A stretch of DNA of 64,000 nt from Bdellovibrionales bacterium (lineage in GTDB: Bacteria; Bdellovibrionota; Bdellovibrionia; Bdellovibrionales; UBA1609), in contig CBDCMT010000001.1 in assembly GCA_965219095.1 (NCBI GenBank), positions 224,001-288,000 of the forward strand. The letters are read 5' to 3'. The notes beneath the pieces were generated by a model. It had not been told where the DNA came from. It saw only the letters and a list, made by a program, of their open reading frames with translations, and searched no databases. Position numbers and translations under genes: made by a program. Positions 39,462-50,893 of the stretch are shown one piece after another; within the stretch, counting starts at the first letter, position 1, and each line of letters begins with the position of its first letter.

Positions 39462-40708
39462 TCTGTAATACCAATATCTGAACGACAGTGAAGATCAGGC
39501 CAATCCACGTATGAAGCATGTTTATAAACTTTTTCAATAGCTTTGCGTAGATCTTTATCAATAGAAACACAATTTAAGACGCGCCCCCCTGCTGTTAAAA
39601 ATTGATCCCCCCTTTTTTTCAAAGCACATGTAAGAAAATAAGAACCATCAGTCTCGTGAAAAATATCTCCTTTTACTTTTAAACCTATTTCTGGATTTTT
39701 GGGATAACCCTGAGAAGCTAGTACAACACATATAGAAAATAAATTCTTAAAACAAAGGCGAGGAACCTTTCCTTCTGCTACTTGGAGCAAAAAAGAACTT
39801 ACGTCTCCTTCAATAAGGGGAAGCAAAACCTGTGCTTCAGGATCGCCAAAACGTACATTGTACTCTAAAACCTTCCAACCACGTGTTGAGTAAATTAACC
39901 CTATATAAAGAACCCCCCTATAAAACAAACCTTTTTTTTCAAGGCCCTTGATGCTAGGCTCTACAATGGTTTTTGTAATCATCTCTTTTTGTTTTTCTTC
40001 TATAGGGATGGGAGCTATAGAACCCATGCCCCCTGTATTAGGCCCTAAACCTCCGTCATTGAGTTTTTTGTAATCACGAACTAGAGGAAGAAGTTCGTAA
40101 TCTTTTCCATTTGTGACAACAAAAAAACTCATCTCTTGTCCTCGATGAAACTCTTCAATAAGAGCTATTTCTCCTGAAGCTTGAAAGATTTTTTCTTCAA
40201 AAAGCTGATAAGCATATTCCTCAACTTGAACAACAGTCTTACAAATACGAACTCCTTTTCCTTGAGCTAAACCATCTGCTTTAAAAACATAGGGAGGTTT
40301 AAAGTTTTTAACGGCCTCTAAAGTTTCTTCTACACTTTTAACAACTTGATATTTAGATGTGGGAATGTTCATTTCCTCCATAAACTTTTTAGCAAAAATT
40401 TTACTTGATTCTAGTTGGGAAGCTTCCTTGCTAGGAGCAAAGACTTTCCAGCCAAGCTCTCTTAACCTATCAGCAAAACCATTAGCACAATAAACCTCAG
40501 GTCCTACGATAACAAGATCAATGTTGTTTTGTTTAAGAAGGTTTATCACCTTATTTTCACAAGATAAGTCAAGATTATGACTTATGATCTTATCTTTAGG
40601 CGAGGGAACTTGAGAGATGATATGAACTTTTTTTGTAGAAGGAGAGAGACTACAAGATCGAGCTAGAGCACTTTCTCTCCCTCCTTGTCCTAAGATAAAG
40701 ACATTCAT
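39452..40708 (-). CDS. purD: Phosphoribosylamine-glycine ligase
   Basis: GQGGRE, VGPE, LESSKIFAK, KADGLAQGKGV, GPNTGGMG, EYNVRFGDPE; likely start MNVFILG. Confidence 0.95.
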   Translation of the reverse strand: MNVFILGQGGRESALARSCSLSPSTKKVHIISQVPSPKDKIISHNLDLSCENKVINLLKQNNIDLVIVGPEVYCANGFADRLRELGWKVFAPSKEASQLESSKIFAKKFMEEMNIPTSKYQVVKSVEETLEAVKNFKPPYVFKADGLAQGKGVRICKTVVQVEEYAYQLFEEKIFQASGEIALIEEFHRGQEMSFFVVTNGKDYELLPLVRDYKKLNDGGLGPNTGGMGSIAPIPIEEKQKEMITKTIVEPSIKGLEKKGLFYRGVLYIGLIYSTRGWKVLEYNVRFGDPEAQVLLPLIEGDVSSFLLQVAEGKVPRLCFKNLFSICVVLASQGYPKNPEIGLKVKGDIFHETDGSYFLTCALKKRGDQFLTAGGRVLNCVSIDKDLRKAIEKVYKHASYVDWPDLHCRSDIGITECL

Positions 40709-40721
40709 CACAAAAACAAGT

Positions 40722-42041
40722 TTACAAAAAAAGAGAGTTCTTGTCACTTTTTATTTTAATTTTTAAGAGATCTGCTATGAGCTTTCCAGACAAATCCTTC
40801 TCCTCAGGAGAACAATAAAGCCTTTCTAAAGTCCGTTTTTTTTCGTATTTATCAAAGATTTCACTAGCTTCATCTAAGGGCACAGCCTTGTCTTGAAATT
40901 TATCTTTAATAAAGATAGGAGATTTTTTAGATTCCCCTTTTGAGGAAGTTTTTTTTATTTTGCTCATTTGAGTTTGGGAATTAACGTAGATGAATCTTAA
41001 ATTTTGCCTTTTAAGCTCTCTTTTTATATTGAGAACCTTTTGGGAGATAAGCCCATCAGAGTGCTCTTCATAAAGCATAACATAGGGTCGGTTTGTGATA
41101 ATTCTTTTAGCCCACTCATTTTCTGATTCTTTTAAATGCGTATGAAGAGTATGATCAGTGCAATCTAAATAAGCTCCTATATCAGAAGGGAGGCGAAACT
41201 TGCAGTCCTTTGAAGAAAAGTATCGAAGCAGCATTTCATCATAAATAACAGATTTATGGTGAACATAAACCATAAGGTACATGTGATGTCTTGCAAGAAG
41301 GAAATCTTCGAAAGCATAAAGTGCTCTTTGATCAAAGCATAAATACAGTTGAGAATCCACTTCATGGTAGGAGAGGTTCGATAAAAGCCAAGAGATTTCA
41401 ACTTTTCCATAATTAGTCCCACAGTAGTAGGAATCCCTTACTAAATAGTCCATACGATCAGCATCTAACTCAGAACTAATGATCTGACTTAAAAGAGGTC
41501 TAAAATCTAAGTTCTTTTCTATAAAAAAATCATCTTTAGTTTGGATTTCAGGGTGTATGAGAGAAGCTATATGAAGGGGTTTAAAAGAAGAAAAATGTGA
41601 TTCTATAGTACGAGTAAGCTGAGAGTCTAAAATGATTTTAATAGTGTAGTCTTCGTGGGTAGCTTTTCTCTTTTTTTGACCTAAGTCTAGAGGAAGTTTA
41701 AGATCTTCAAAATAAGGCATTACTTCTTCTGTTGTGTGACTGAGAGGTCCATGGCCTATGTCGTGCAAAAGAGCTGCTAGTTTTGTGACTTGCTTGAACT
41801 TTTGTTTGACCTCTTCAGAGGACCAAGTGAAATCCTTAAAAATAGCCTCAAAAGCTTGTTCAGCTAAATAAAAAGCTCCAACAGAATGCACATAACGGTT
41901 ATGCATACCTCCTGGAAAACTGAACTCCCCAAAACCAAGTTGCTTTATTCCTCTTAACCTCTGAAAAGCAGGGCTATCGAGAATGTGTTTTTCTTGATCT
42001 GAAATTACAATAGAGCCGTGAATGGGATCTCTGATTTCCAT
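40722..42041 (-). CDS. HD-domain phosphohydrolase, SAMHD1/YwfO-like dNTPase family
   Basis: IRDPIHG, FQRLRGIKQLG, HSVG, LLHDIGHGPLSH, DADRMDYLVRD. Confidence 0.85.
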   Translation of the reverse strand: MEIRDPIHGSIVISDQEKHILDSPAFQRLRGIKQLGFGEFSFPGGMHNRYVHSVGAFYLAEQAFEAIFKDFTWSSEEVKQKFKQVTKLAALLHDIGHGPLSHTTEEVMPYFEDLKLPLDLGQKKRKATHEDYTIKIILDSQLTRTIESHFSSFKPLHIASLIHPEIQTKDDFFIEKNLDFRPLLSQIISSELDADRMDYLVRDSYYCGTNYGKVEISWLLSNLSYHEVDSQLYLCFDQRALYAFEDFLLARHHMYLMVYVHHKSVIYDEMLLRYFSSKDCKFRLPSDIGAYLDCTDHTLHTHLKESENEWAKRIITNRPYVMLYEEHSDGLISQKVLNIKRELKRQNLRFIYVNSQTQMSKIKKTSSKGESKKSPIFIKDKFQDKAVPLDEASEIFDKYEKKRTLERLYCSPEEKDLSGKLIADLLKIKIKSDKNSLFL

Positions 42042-42134
42042 GCCTATCTCCTTTTCTAAAGCAGAGCATAAAATATAAAGGTTTTTATTATTTTATGCAA
42101 TAGTTGATACATAGAGTTTTTTAGGGGAAAGATT

Positions 42135-42932
42135 ATGAAGTCTTATTTAGAACTTATGGAAAGGGTCTTAAAAAAAGGGGAGAAAAGAAAAGATCGCACA
42201 GGGGTTGGAACTTTAAGTCTTTTTGGAGAATCTCTGTGCTTTGATCTTAGTGAAAATTTCCCTCTTCTTACAACAAAAGAGGTTCATTTAAAATCCATCA
42301 TCTATGAACTTTTATGGTTTTTAAGAGGAGATACAAATGTTGAGTATCTTAAACGTCATGGGGTAAGAATCTGGAATAAATGGGCTGATGAGAAAGGATC
42401 TTTAGGCCGAGTGTATGGAGCTCAATGGAGGGATTGGAGGAATGAAAACAAAGAAAGCCTCGATCAAATAGCCTCCGTTATTAGTGAAATGAAAAAAAAC
42501 CCCTCTTCAAGAAGACTGTTAGTGGTGAGCTTCAATCCAGGAGAGTTATCTCAAATGGCCCTTCCTCCCTGCCATGCCTTCTTTCAATTCTATGTTTCTG
42601 GAAAAAAAGAGCTGTCTTGTCAGATGTACCAAAGAAGTGCTGATTTATTTTTAGGCGTCCCTTTTAACATCGCAAGCTATTCCCTACTAACTCTTATGGT
42701 GGCTCAAGTGTGTGGCCTCAAGGCTAAGGAATTTATTCATGTTTTTGGAGATGTTCATATCTACAAAAACCACTTAGAACAAGTAACTTTACAACTGAAA
42801 AGAAAACCCAAAGCACTTCCTCAAATACATTTGAATCCTAAAGTGAAAGATATTTTTAGCTTCCAATATGAAGATTTTCACTTAGCAAACTATCAATTTC
42901 ACCCTTCTCTGAAGGCAGAGGTCGCTGTTTGA
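42135..42932 (+). CDS. thyA: Thymidylate synthase
   Basis: [32 protein letters not shown]. Confidence 0.97.
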   Translation: MKSYLELMERVLKKGEKRKDRTGVGTLSLFGESLCFDLSENFPLLTTKEVHLKSIIYELLWFLRGDTNVEYLKRHGVRIWNKWADEKGSLGRVYGAQWRDWRNENKESLDQIASVISEMKKNPSSRRLLVVSFNPGELSQMALPPCHAFFQFYVSGKKELSCQMYQRSADLFLGVPFNIASYSLLTLMVAQVCGLKAKEFIHVFGDVHIYKNHLEQVTLQLKRKPKALPQIHLNPKVKDIFSFQYEDFHLANYQFHPSLKAEVAV

Positions 42933-43432
42933 TCTTAAGTCATATTGTCGCATGCTCTGAAAATTATGTTATAGGAAATAAAGGGAAACTTCCTTGGCAC
43001 ATACCAGAGGACTATAGATTTTTCAAACAAACAACACAAGGTCATACAATCATCATGGGAAGGAAAACCTATGAAAGTCTTGGAAAACCTTTACCTAACA
43101 GACGTCACATTGTCATTACAAAATCAAAAGACTTTATTAAAAAAGTAGATAAAAAGACCCTTGTTGTCTCTTCTGTTAAAGCCTCTATAGAAGTTGCAAA
43201 AAAATATAGCTTCTCTAAAAAAGAGGAAGTTTTTATCATAGGAGGAGGTGAAATCTATTATCAGACTCTCGATCTTGTGGATAGAATTTATCTTACACTA
43301 ATTCATGAAACTTACCCTGGAGACACATTCTATCCAAAATTTGATAAAAAACTTTTTAAAGAACGTTCCAGGAAGCTAAGAAATGAAAAAAAACCTTTCT
43401 TTACCTACTATTTATACGAACGTTTTCGATAA
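42929..43432 (+). CDS. folA: Dihydrofolate reductase
   Basis: [30 protein letters not shown]. Confidence 0.95.
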   Translation: MILSHIVACSENYVIGNKGKLPWHIPEDYRFFKQTTQGHTIIMGRKTYESLGKPLPNRRHIVITKSKDFIKKVDKKTLVVSSVKASIEVAKKYSFSKKEEVFIIGGGEIYYQTLDLVDRIYLTLIHETYPGDTFYPKFDKKLFKERSRKLRNEKKPFFTYYLYERFR

Positions 43433-43608
43433 AGATTAATTTTTTAAACCTTTCTATTAATCTAGATTCTTTTTTGTCAAACCTATAGTTAATAATTTCA
43501 CCATTATTGAATCTTTCGCATAAATCATCTTGCTCATCTTATGTCACATAAGATGAGCATCACTTTAAAAACCTTTGAAAGAAAGCCAAGTCCATCTATC
43601 AATCAACA

Positions 43609-46162
43609 TATAGTGCTTCCGCTTAGGTTTTCAGTTTTTTTTGAGTTGAGGTCTAGTTTTTATTCTAAGGCCTTGATAAAAAGTCATTTATTTTTAAAAA
43701 TAGTTTCATATGTCAGGGTTTCTATCAAAAAAAGAGCGAAAAGATTTACTCTATGAACTATCTCTAGAGAAAAATATTAAATACGTAAAAAGGATTATGA
43801 CAATTCTCCATTTAGATAAAGGTGAGTTGTGTAAAGATATTTCCCGTTTTCTTTTCATTGATGAGGGCACGATAAGAGCCTGTAGAGATCGTTATAACAA
43901 AGGAGGGATAGAGTGCTTAATCAACGACAATTACAACCTAAAAGGTCCTTTTTAACTAAGAAAGAGGAGAAAATGCTTTTAAAGGAGTTAAAAAAAAGAA
44001 TTTTTCCGTCATCACAGTCTGTTATTCAGTTCATTGAGGAGAATTTTGGTGTTATACCATTTCCAAAAATTAATTCGACATTTTTTTAACTCATTGCGTC
44101 CTGGCTTTTTGATAAAACTCTGTTAAATTTTTAGAGTCATGTCGAAAAAAGATTTAGTTACACAGATTCAAGGGTATAATTTTCTGGCTACTTACAAAGT
44201 GGAAAGAAGTGCCAACATCAAGACAAAATTATTGGCTTTGCAGCATATGCAAGAAGGAAAATCGATTCAAGAAACAGCAGGTATGGTTTTGTATCACCGT
44301 CACAGTATCAAATCCTGGTTACAGTCTTTTTTTGTAGACTTTGATTACGAGGGATTGATAGATCGAGAAGGCAGAGGACGCAAGCCTCGTTTGCCAGTGA
44401 CAGAAGAGGAGAGGTTCAAAATCAAGTTAGATGAAATTCAAGACAAAAGAGAGGGAGGAAGCATAGGAGCAAAGGAAATACAGAAACTTTTAGCAGATGA
44501 ATTTGACTGTTGCTATTCTCTTTCTGGGGTTTATGTTTCTTTAGACCGCCTTAATATTGTATGGATCAGTGGTCGTTCTCTTCATCCTAAAAGTTCACAA
44601 GAAGCTATGGAACAGTTTAAGGAACATTTTCCAGAAGAGGTGGAGAAAATAAAGGAAAAGATTCAGACTAATAAAATAGAGATTTGGTGGCAGGATGAAT
44701 GCAGAATAAGCTCAGCAAGGTTCTTTGAGTAGGATTTGGGCAAGAAAAGGCACACGGCCTAGAGTTGTGAGGCAAAGACAATTTTTATCCACTTATATTT
44801 TTGGAGCAGTTTGTCCGGATAGAGATAAAGGCTGTGCTTGGATCTTACCGGAATGTAATTCAGGGATGATGCAAATTCACTTAGATGAGATATCTAAAAA
44901 TATTCAAGAAAACTATCATGGAATTGTTTTAATGGACAGAGCCAGTTGGCATACCACAGAGACTTTGATAGTTCCTAAGAATTTATCCCTGATGCCTTTA
45001 CCTCCTTATAGTCCAGAATTAAATCCCATGGAACAAGTCTGGCAACAATTACGAAGGATCAAATTATCGAATGCATGTTTTAAAAACTATGACCATATAG
45101 TGAATACTTGTTGTGAGGCCTGGAATACTTTTTGCGATCAGGAGGGCAGGATTAAAAAATTATGCACTCGATCTTGGGCAAAACAACAAGATGAATCAAG
45201 CTTGTAAATTAATTTGAACCTATAAATTAAATTGTTTAACTGATTTTTGTCATTTTAAATTTTACCCTCACTTTTTCACTTATTTTAACCCATCAATCGA
45301 TTCACACAACAAATAGATATACCTGAAATAAACTTATCTTATGAAAACTTAAACTCACCTTAAAAGAAGTTTTTTTAAAATCTCCTAACTGAAACTTTTC
45401 CTTAAGTCAATTTTAAAATTTTAAATTTGAACATGAAAATGTCGAATTAATTTCTGTAATTGGTATTACGTACTCAACAAGTGGTGCGATTGATCTTCTC
45501 CATCGCCTTGGTTTTTCTTATAAAAAAGCCACAGCGATACCGGGCAAAGCGAAGAGAGAAGAGCAGAAAAAGTTTGTGCGTAAATACAAGAGAATTAAGA
45601 AGAAGGGTGGTCTTGTTTACTTTGCTGATTCCACACATCCTGAGTGGAGCCCTACGATTTCATATGGTTGGATAAGAGAGGATAAGAAGTTTGAAGTGAA
45701 GACCAATTCAGGCTGGAGAAAAAGAGTGAATGTTTGTGGAGCTATTGAGATCAATAGTTTGAAGACGGTAGTCAGGAGTTATAAGACAGTTAACCATGTT
45801 TCCATATGTGATATGCTCTATCATATTCATTAAGAAGTATTCCGATGAAAAAGAGATTCATCTTATCTTAGATGGGGCCGGATACAATAGATCGAAGTCT
45901 GTCAAGAAGTTAGCGAAAGAGTTGAATATAAAACTTGTTTATCTTCCTCCGTACTCACCGAATTTAAATCCTATAGAAAGGCTTTGGAAGTTTATGAAAA
46001 AAGAGGTCACGGCGAATCGATATTATGAAAACTATGACGATTTCAAGGGAAGTTTAAGTCAATTTTTTAGAGGAATACGAAAACACAGGCCTAAATTAGA
46101 AACTTTGATAACTGATAACTTCTCTATCTTAGGAACCTGAAAACCTAAACGGAAGCACTATA
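43609..46162 (+). mobile_element. IS630 type A, degenerate, interrupted by IS630 type B
   Basis: Both ends present; frameshifts near 43935 and 45830. Confidence 0.9.
44055..45465 (+). mobile_element. IS630 type B nested in type A
   Basis: Both IRs; flanked by TTA...TTA; ORFs 44139-44732 and 44725-45207. Confidence 0.92.
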
Positions 46163-47300
46163 TAGTGCTTCCGCTTAGGTTTTCCGTTTTTTTTGAGTTG
46201 AGGTCTAGTTTTTATTCTAAGGCCTTGATAAAAAGTCATTTATTTTTAAAAATAGTTTCATATGTCAGGGTTTCTATCAAAAAAAGAGCGAAAAGATTTA
46301 CTCTATGAACTATCTTTAGAAAGAAATCTTAGGTACGGAAAAAGGATTATGACAATTCTCCATTTAGATAAAGGTGAGTTGTGTAAAGATATTTCCCGTT
46401 TTCTTTTCATTGATGAGGGCACGATAAGAGCCTGTAGAGATCGTTATAACAAAGGCGGGATAGAGTGCTTAATCAACGACAATTACAACCCTAAAAGGTC
46501 CTTTTTAACTAAGAAAGAGGAGAAAATGCTTTTAAAGGAGTTAGAAAAAAGAATTTTTCCGTCATCACAGTCTGTTATTCAGTTCATTGAGGAGAATTTT
46601 GGTGTTACGTACTCAACAAGTGGTGCGATTGATCTTCTCCATCGCCTTGGTTTTTCTTATAAAAAAGCCACAGCGATACCGGGTAAGGCAAAGAGAGAAG
46701 AGCAGAAAAAGTTTGTGCGTAAATACAAGAGAATTAAGAAGAAAGACGGTCCTGTTTACTTTGCTGATTCCACACATCCTGAGTGGGGCCCTACGATTTC
46801 ATATGGTTGGATAAGAGAGGGTAAGAAGTTTGAAGTGAAGACCAATTCAGGCTGGAGAAAAAGAGTGAATGTTTGTGGAGCTATTGAGATCAATAGTTTG
46901 AAGACGGTAGTCAGGAGTTATAAGACAGTTAACCATGTTTCCATATGTGATATGCTCCATCATATTCGCAAGAAGCATCCCGATGAAAAAGAGATTCATC
47001 TTATCTTAGATGGGGCCGGATACAATAGATCGAAGTCTGTCAAGAAGTTAGCGAAAGAGTTGAATATAAAACTTGTTTATCTTCCTCCGTACTCACCGAA
47101 TTTAAATCCTATAGAAAGACTTTGGAAGTTTATGAAAAAAGAGGTCACGGCGAATCGATATTATGAAAACTATGACGATTTCAAGGGAAGTTTAAGTCAA
47201 TTTTTTAGAGGAATACGAAAACACAGATCTAAATTAGAAACTTTGATAACTGATAACTTCTCCATCTTAGGAACCTGAAAACCTAAACGAAAGCACTATA
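46161..47300 (+). mobile_element. IS630 type A, intact (transposase 46262-47278), head-to-tail with previous copy
   Basis: Junction GCACTA-TA-TAGTGC; 338-aa ORF. Confidence 0.95.
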
Positions 47301-47800
47301 TACTTTAAAACAAGCCTTTACACGAATGGTTTGAACTGTTGTGTGTTTTAGAGAATCAGAGGGAAAGCCTAAGTGCTGTCACTGTATAAGTTTTTGGCCT
47401 TAAGAAATGTTGTAAAGGTTTAAAAAAATACAGACAAACACTTTCAGAAAGAACTAAATCTTTAAGGCCCATCATCATCGGCATATGATAAAAAACTAAG
47501 CCAACCTTTGATTCACAGTCTACACGTCTATGACTCTTGCTAAAAACAAATTTCTGAAGTGCAATCAGTACAAATTGCAATACTTCTAAAGTGTCTAGTC
47601 TTACAAAAAATTTTCCATTTGATGTCTAGCTTTAAAACCTTGGCGTCAAACTCTTTATTGAACTTTCTATTGCATGAAAACTCTCTTGGTATTATCAAAT
47701 TTTTCTTATCCACTTTACCCATTCAATACGTCTAAAGGCTTGAAAAGCCCCAATCAAATGAAGGAACTCTCTAAAAGTTTTTCTTGAAGTTTTTAGCAAT

Positions 47801-48190
47801 TTACCATTCATGAGGTTTCCTAAAAGTCCCTCTATGATCAGAAAGAGTGTCTGAGAATTGATTATCCTTTAAATTCTCTTTTTTTATTTCAAGAGTAAAA
47901 AAGTTTGAAGCTCTAATTAGTTTTTCTGATTTCTTTTTATAAGGACTTATAATACCTATCTTTTTTTGAAACTTAGTGACTACCATTTCTATAGGTGTAA
48001 AAAAGTCTGAATCATTAGAGACAACCACTGCACAATCATATTTATTCAAAAATGCATCTAATAAAAGATGTGATGCTAAATTAACATCTGAGCCTTTTTC
48101 TTCTGTTTTAAGTGCTGAAACTTTCTTTGAAGAATCAGATTCTAATGGTAACTTTTTTGGATGATTTAGAAAGTATCCCTTATAAATAAA
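47801..48190 (-). pseudogene. NYN (PIN-like) domain protein, N-truncated
   Basis: Frame extends upstream of the track ORF: KTEEKGSDVNLASHLLLDAF...VVSNDSDF. Confidence 0.75.
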
Positions 48191-48213
48191 AACTTACGAG
48201 AGTGAGCAGTTAC
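48190..48213 (+). mobile_element. IS66 right-end remnant
   Basis: ACGAGAGTGAGCAGTTAC as at 27534-27551. Confidence 0.7.
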
Positions 48214-48754
48214 CTTTTAGAATGAAAAGAGCGACCACTGATCCATACAATATTAAGGCGGTCTAAAGAAACATAAACCCCAGAAAGAGAATAGCAACTA
48301 TCACAATTCATCTGCTAAAAGTTCCTGTATTCCCTTTGCTCCTATGCTTCCTCCTTCTCTTTTGTCTTGAATTTCATCTAACTTGATTTTGAACCTCTCT
48401 TCTTCTGTCACTGGCAAATAAGGCTTGCGTCCTCTGCCTTCTCGATCTATCAATCCCTCGTAATCAAAGTCTACAAAAAAAGACTGTAACCAAGATTTGA
48501 TACTGTGACGGTGATACAAAACTATACCTGCTGTTTCTTGAATCGATTTTCCGTCTTGCATATGCTGCAAAGCTTGGAGTTTTATCTTGATATTGGGATT
48601 TCTTTCCACTTTGTAAGTAGCCAGAAAATCATACCCTTAGAATCTGTGTAACTAAATCTTTTTTCGACATGACTCTAAAAATTTAACAGAGTTTGATCAA
48701 AAAGCCAGGACGCAGTGAGTTAAAAAAATGTTGAATTAATTTCTGTAATTGGTA
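48214..48754 (-). mobile_element. IS630 type B 5' fragment
   Basis: Homologous to 25288-25820, with indels. Confidence 0.85.
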
Positions 48755-49062
48755 TTACACAATGGTTTATAAACTCAAACAAGCAGGACTTAATTTAAGC
48801 TTTGAAAGAATGAGAAAGATCTTAAAAAGAGATCAGTACAGTATTTTAAAAGAAAAAAAGACGAAAAAACTTTATCGTCTTCCATCAGGTTGTACAAAGG
48901 AAGTAGAAGAAATTTACAGTGCTTTTTCGCTTAAAAGAGACTCTTCTATGAGACTCATTCCCACAACATCTATCGACCTTTAAAAAACCCTTTCCTGTGG
49001 CCCCAAAAATTATAACTATTTGAAATTATTCACTTATTGCAGTGTGTTGTATCGAAGTCAGG
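48755..49062 (+). mobile_element. IS1634-family 3' remnant
   Basis: C-terminal transposase-like stub 48762-48983; terminus TCGAAGTCAGG. Confidence 0.55.
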
Positions 49063-49463
49063 ATGAAATGGCTTAAAAGGCCTGTACGCCTTCTTGAAAA
49101 CTACTGTTTTGTTTAAGTTATGAAAAAATATTTAACCCTCTATAGTAGAAAGTAACAGGAATAAAGATCATACAGCATAAAAATCCTAGGCTTTTATCAA
49201 TTTTTCACGTTCGACTATCTAACTGAAAATTCACAAAGTTACTCAACAGATCCAACAACAGAGTTCAAATTGAATTGTACGTCTGTTAAACAGATTCTCT
49301 AAGCTATAGTCCAGCTTCTTTCAGAGATTTTTAGCACAACTAAAAAACTCTATGAAATTTTCTAAGAAAGAAGATTTTCATTCTCTACCTATGTCTCATA
49401 ATGGGATAGTAGGTAGAGAGTTTATTGCCATACATAGTCTTTTAAGGATATTCTTGAAATAGA

Positions 49464-50192
49464 GTGTATAAGCATTTGCATGTCTTTATAAAAAGACTTT
49501 TTTTCTCCTCATTTTTTTTATTTGGTTTTTTTAGCGAAGCCAGAATCTTTCGCAGTAATTATGTAAGTTTTCAACTTCCTGACAACTGGTCTTGTAAAAA
49601 AGACCTCGCCACTTACGTCTGCCAAAATAAGACCGATAAAAACAAGAAAAAAGAAGCTGTTATTATTATTTTAGCAAAAGAAGCAGGGAAAGAGGATGGA
49701 ATCAAACAGTATATAGAACGCCTGAAAAATCCTATGAAAAACAATTCAATACAAAAAATTTCTACAGTAGAAAGTTTTACTGATAAAAAGATTCTAAAGG
49801 GGCACAGATGGGTTGATAGTCTTCATTATCAAGGGGCTTTGCCTCAACATTACACACGCTACCTTGTCACAGTAAAACAACAACTAGCTATTTTAATCAG
49901 CTTTACAGCCCATAAAGATTATTTTGTAAAATACAGTGAGGATTTTAAAAAAGCCATCAACAGCCTCAAATTGATTGCTCCTAAAAATTACCTTCAGTTG
50001 GCTCAATTAAGAAAGGGAAAAAATAAAGGTTCCATTATTGGAAATATTTCCAATAAAGATTTTTTCTCAACAGTTAAAAACCCTAAAGTGGCAAAAAAAA
50101 ATCATTTAGGCTTATTAGCAATTTTGTTTTTCATTTTCTTTCCTTTGATTTTTTGGTTTATTTTTCTAAGAAAGAAGAAGAGAAAAATTTAA
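49464..50192 (+). CDS. Exported protein with C-terminal membrane anchor
   Basis: Signal-like N-terminus, C-terminal hydrophobic helix followed by RKKKRKI. Confidence 0.65.
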   Translation: MYKHLHVFIKRLFFSSFFLFGFFSEARIFRSNYVSFQLPDNWSCKKDLATYVCQNKTDKNKKKEAVIIILAKEAGKEDGIKQYIERLKNPMKNNSIQKISTVESFTDKKILKGHRWVDSLHYQGALPQHYTRYLVTVKQQLAILISFTAHKDYFVKYSEDFKKAINSLKLIAPKNYLQLAQLRKGKNKGSIIGNISNKDFFSTVKNPKVAKKNHLGLLAILFFIFFPLIFWFIFLRKKKRKI

Positions 50193-50860
50193 CGAACAGC
50201 TAAACAAGATTCTCTTTTTTTAGAAAAACCTTTTCTTTTGTTCCATCGAAAACCTTTATGAAGAAGGGTTTTTTTCAAAGAAGAACAGGCTGCGTAACTA
50301 CTAAAAACACATCTTTTAAGACAAGCTTTATCTATGAAGCTCTTTAAAAACTCTTCCTCCCAAAGATCTTTTTGATTTTTAGAGCTAAAGGGATCGTAAA
50401 ATACAACAGACGCTTTTTTATGAAAAAAACTTCCTCTATGAAGAGTCCCCCGTAATTTTAACTTTCCTTTACTGTTAAGTCTTTTTTTGATAAGTTCTCT
50501 TGAGATCTTAAAATAAGTGGCCACTAAATTTAAGATACTATCATAAGGTTCTAAGTCTTCAGAAAGCCATCTTTGAAATTGAACCCTTAGAAACGAATCT
50601 TTTTCGAAGCTCAAGCAGACAAAGTCATTGACAGTAGCTGCTAAAATCATTTCATTATAGCCTAAGCCTAAACCAACAGAAAGGTAAGAAGGTTTAAGCC
50701 CTAACTTCCTAGCCTCCTTAATTGCACTATAGTAAACATAAAGACTTTCTGAAAAAGCCCCTCTTTTGTTGTGCATGGATTCTTGAAAGCCTGTTGGAAA
50801 GCTCACATTGTAGGAAGGGCTGTGATCGAGAGTTTGAATAAGGCGTTTAGCTTCTTTCAT
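50189..50860 (-). CDS. Stand-alone MnmC-type (MnmD) SAM methyltransferase
   Basis: ESMHNKRGAFSESLYVY, VGLGLGYN, FYDPFS, LWEE, KGFSKKRE; likely start 50860. Confidence 0.75.
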   Translation of the reverse strand: MKEAKRLIQTLDHSPSYNVSFPTGFQESMHNKRGAFSESLYVYYSAIKEARKLGLKPSYLSVGLGLGYNEMILAATVNDFVCLSFEKDSFLRVQFQRWLSEDLEPYDSILNLVATYFKISRELIKKRLNSKGKLKLRGTLHRGSFFHKKASVVFYDPFSSKNQKDLWEEEFLKSFIDKACLKRCVFSSYAACSSLKKTLLHKGFRWNKRKGFSKKRESCLAVR

Positions 50861-50893
50861 GACATTTCTCTTTTTTTGTTTTATACCATTTTT

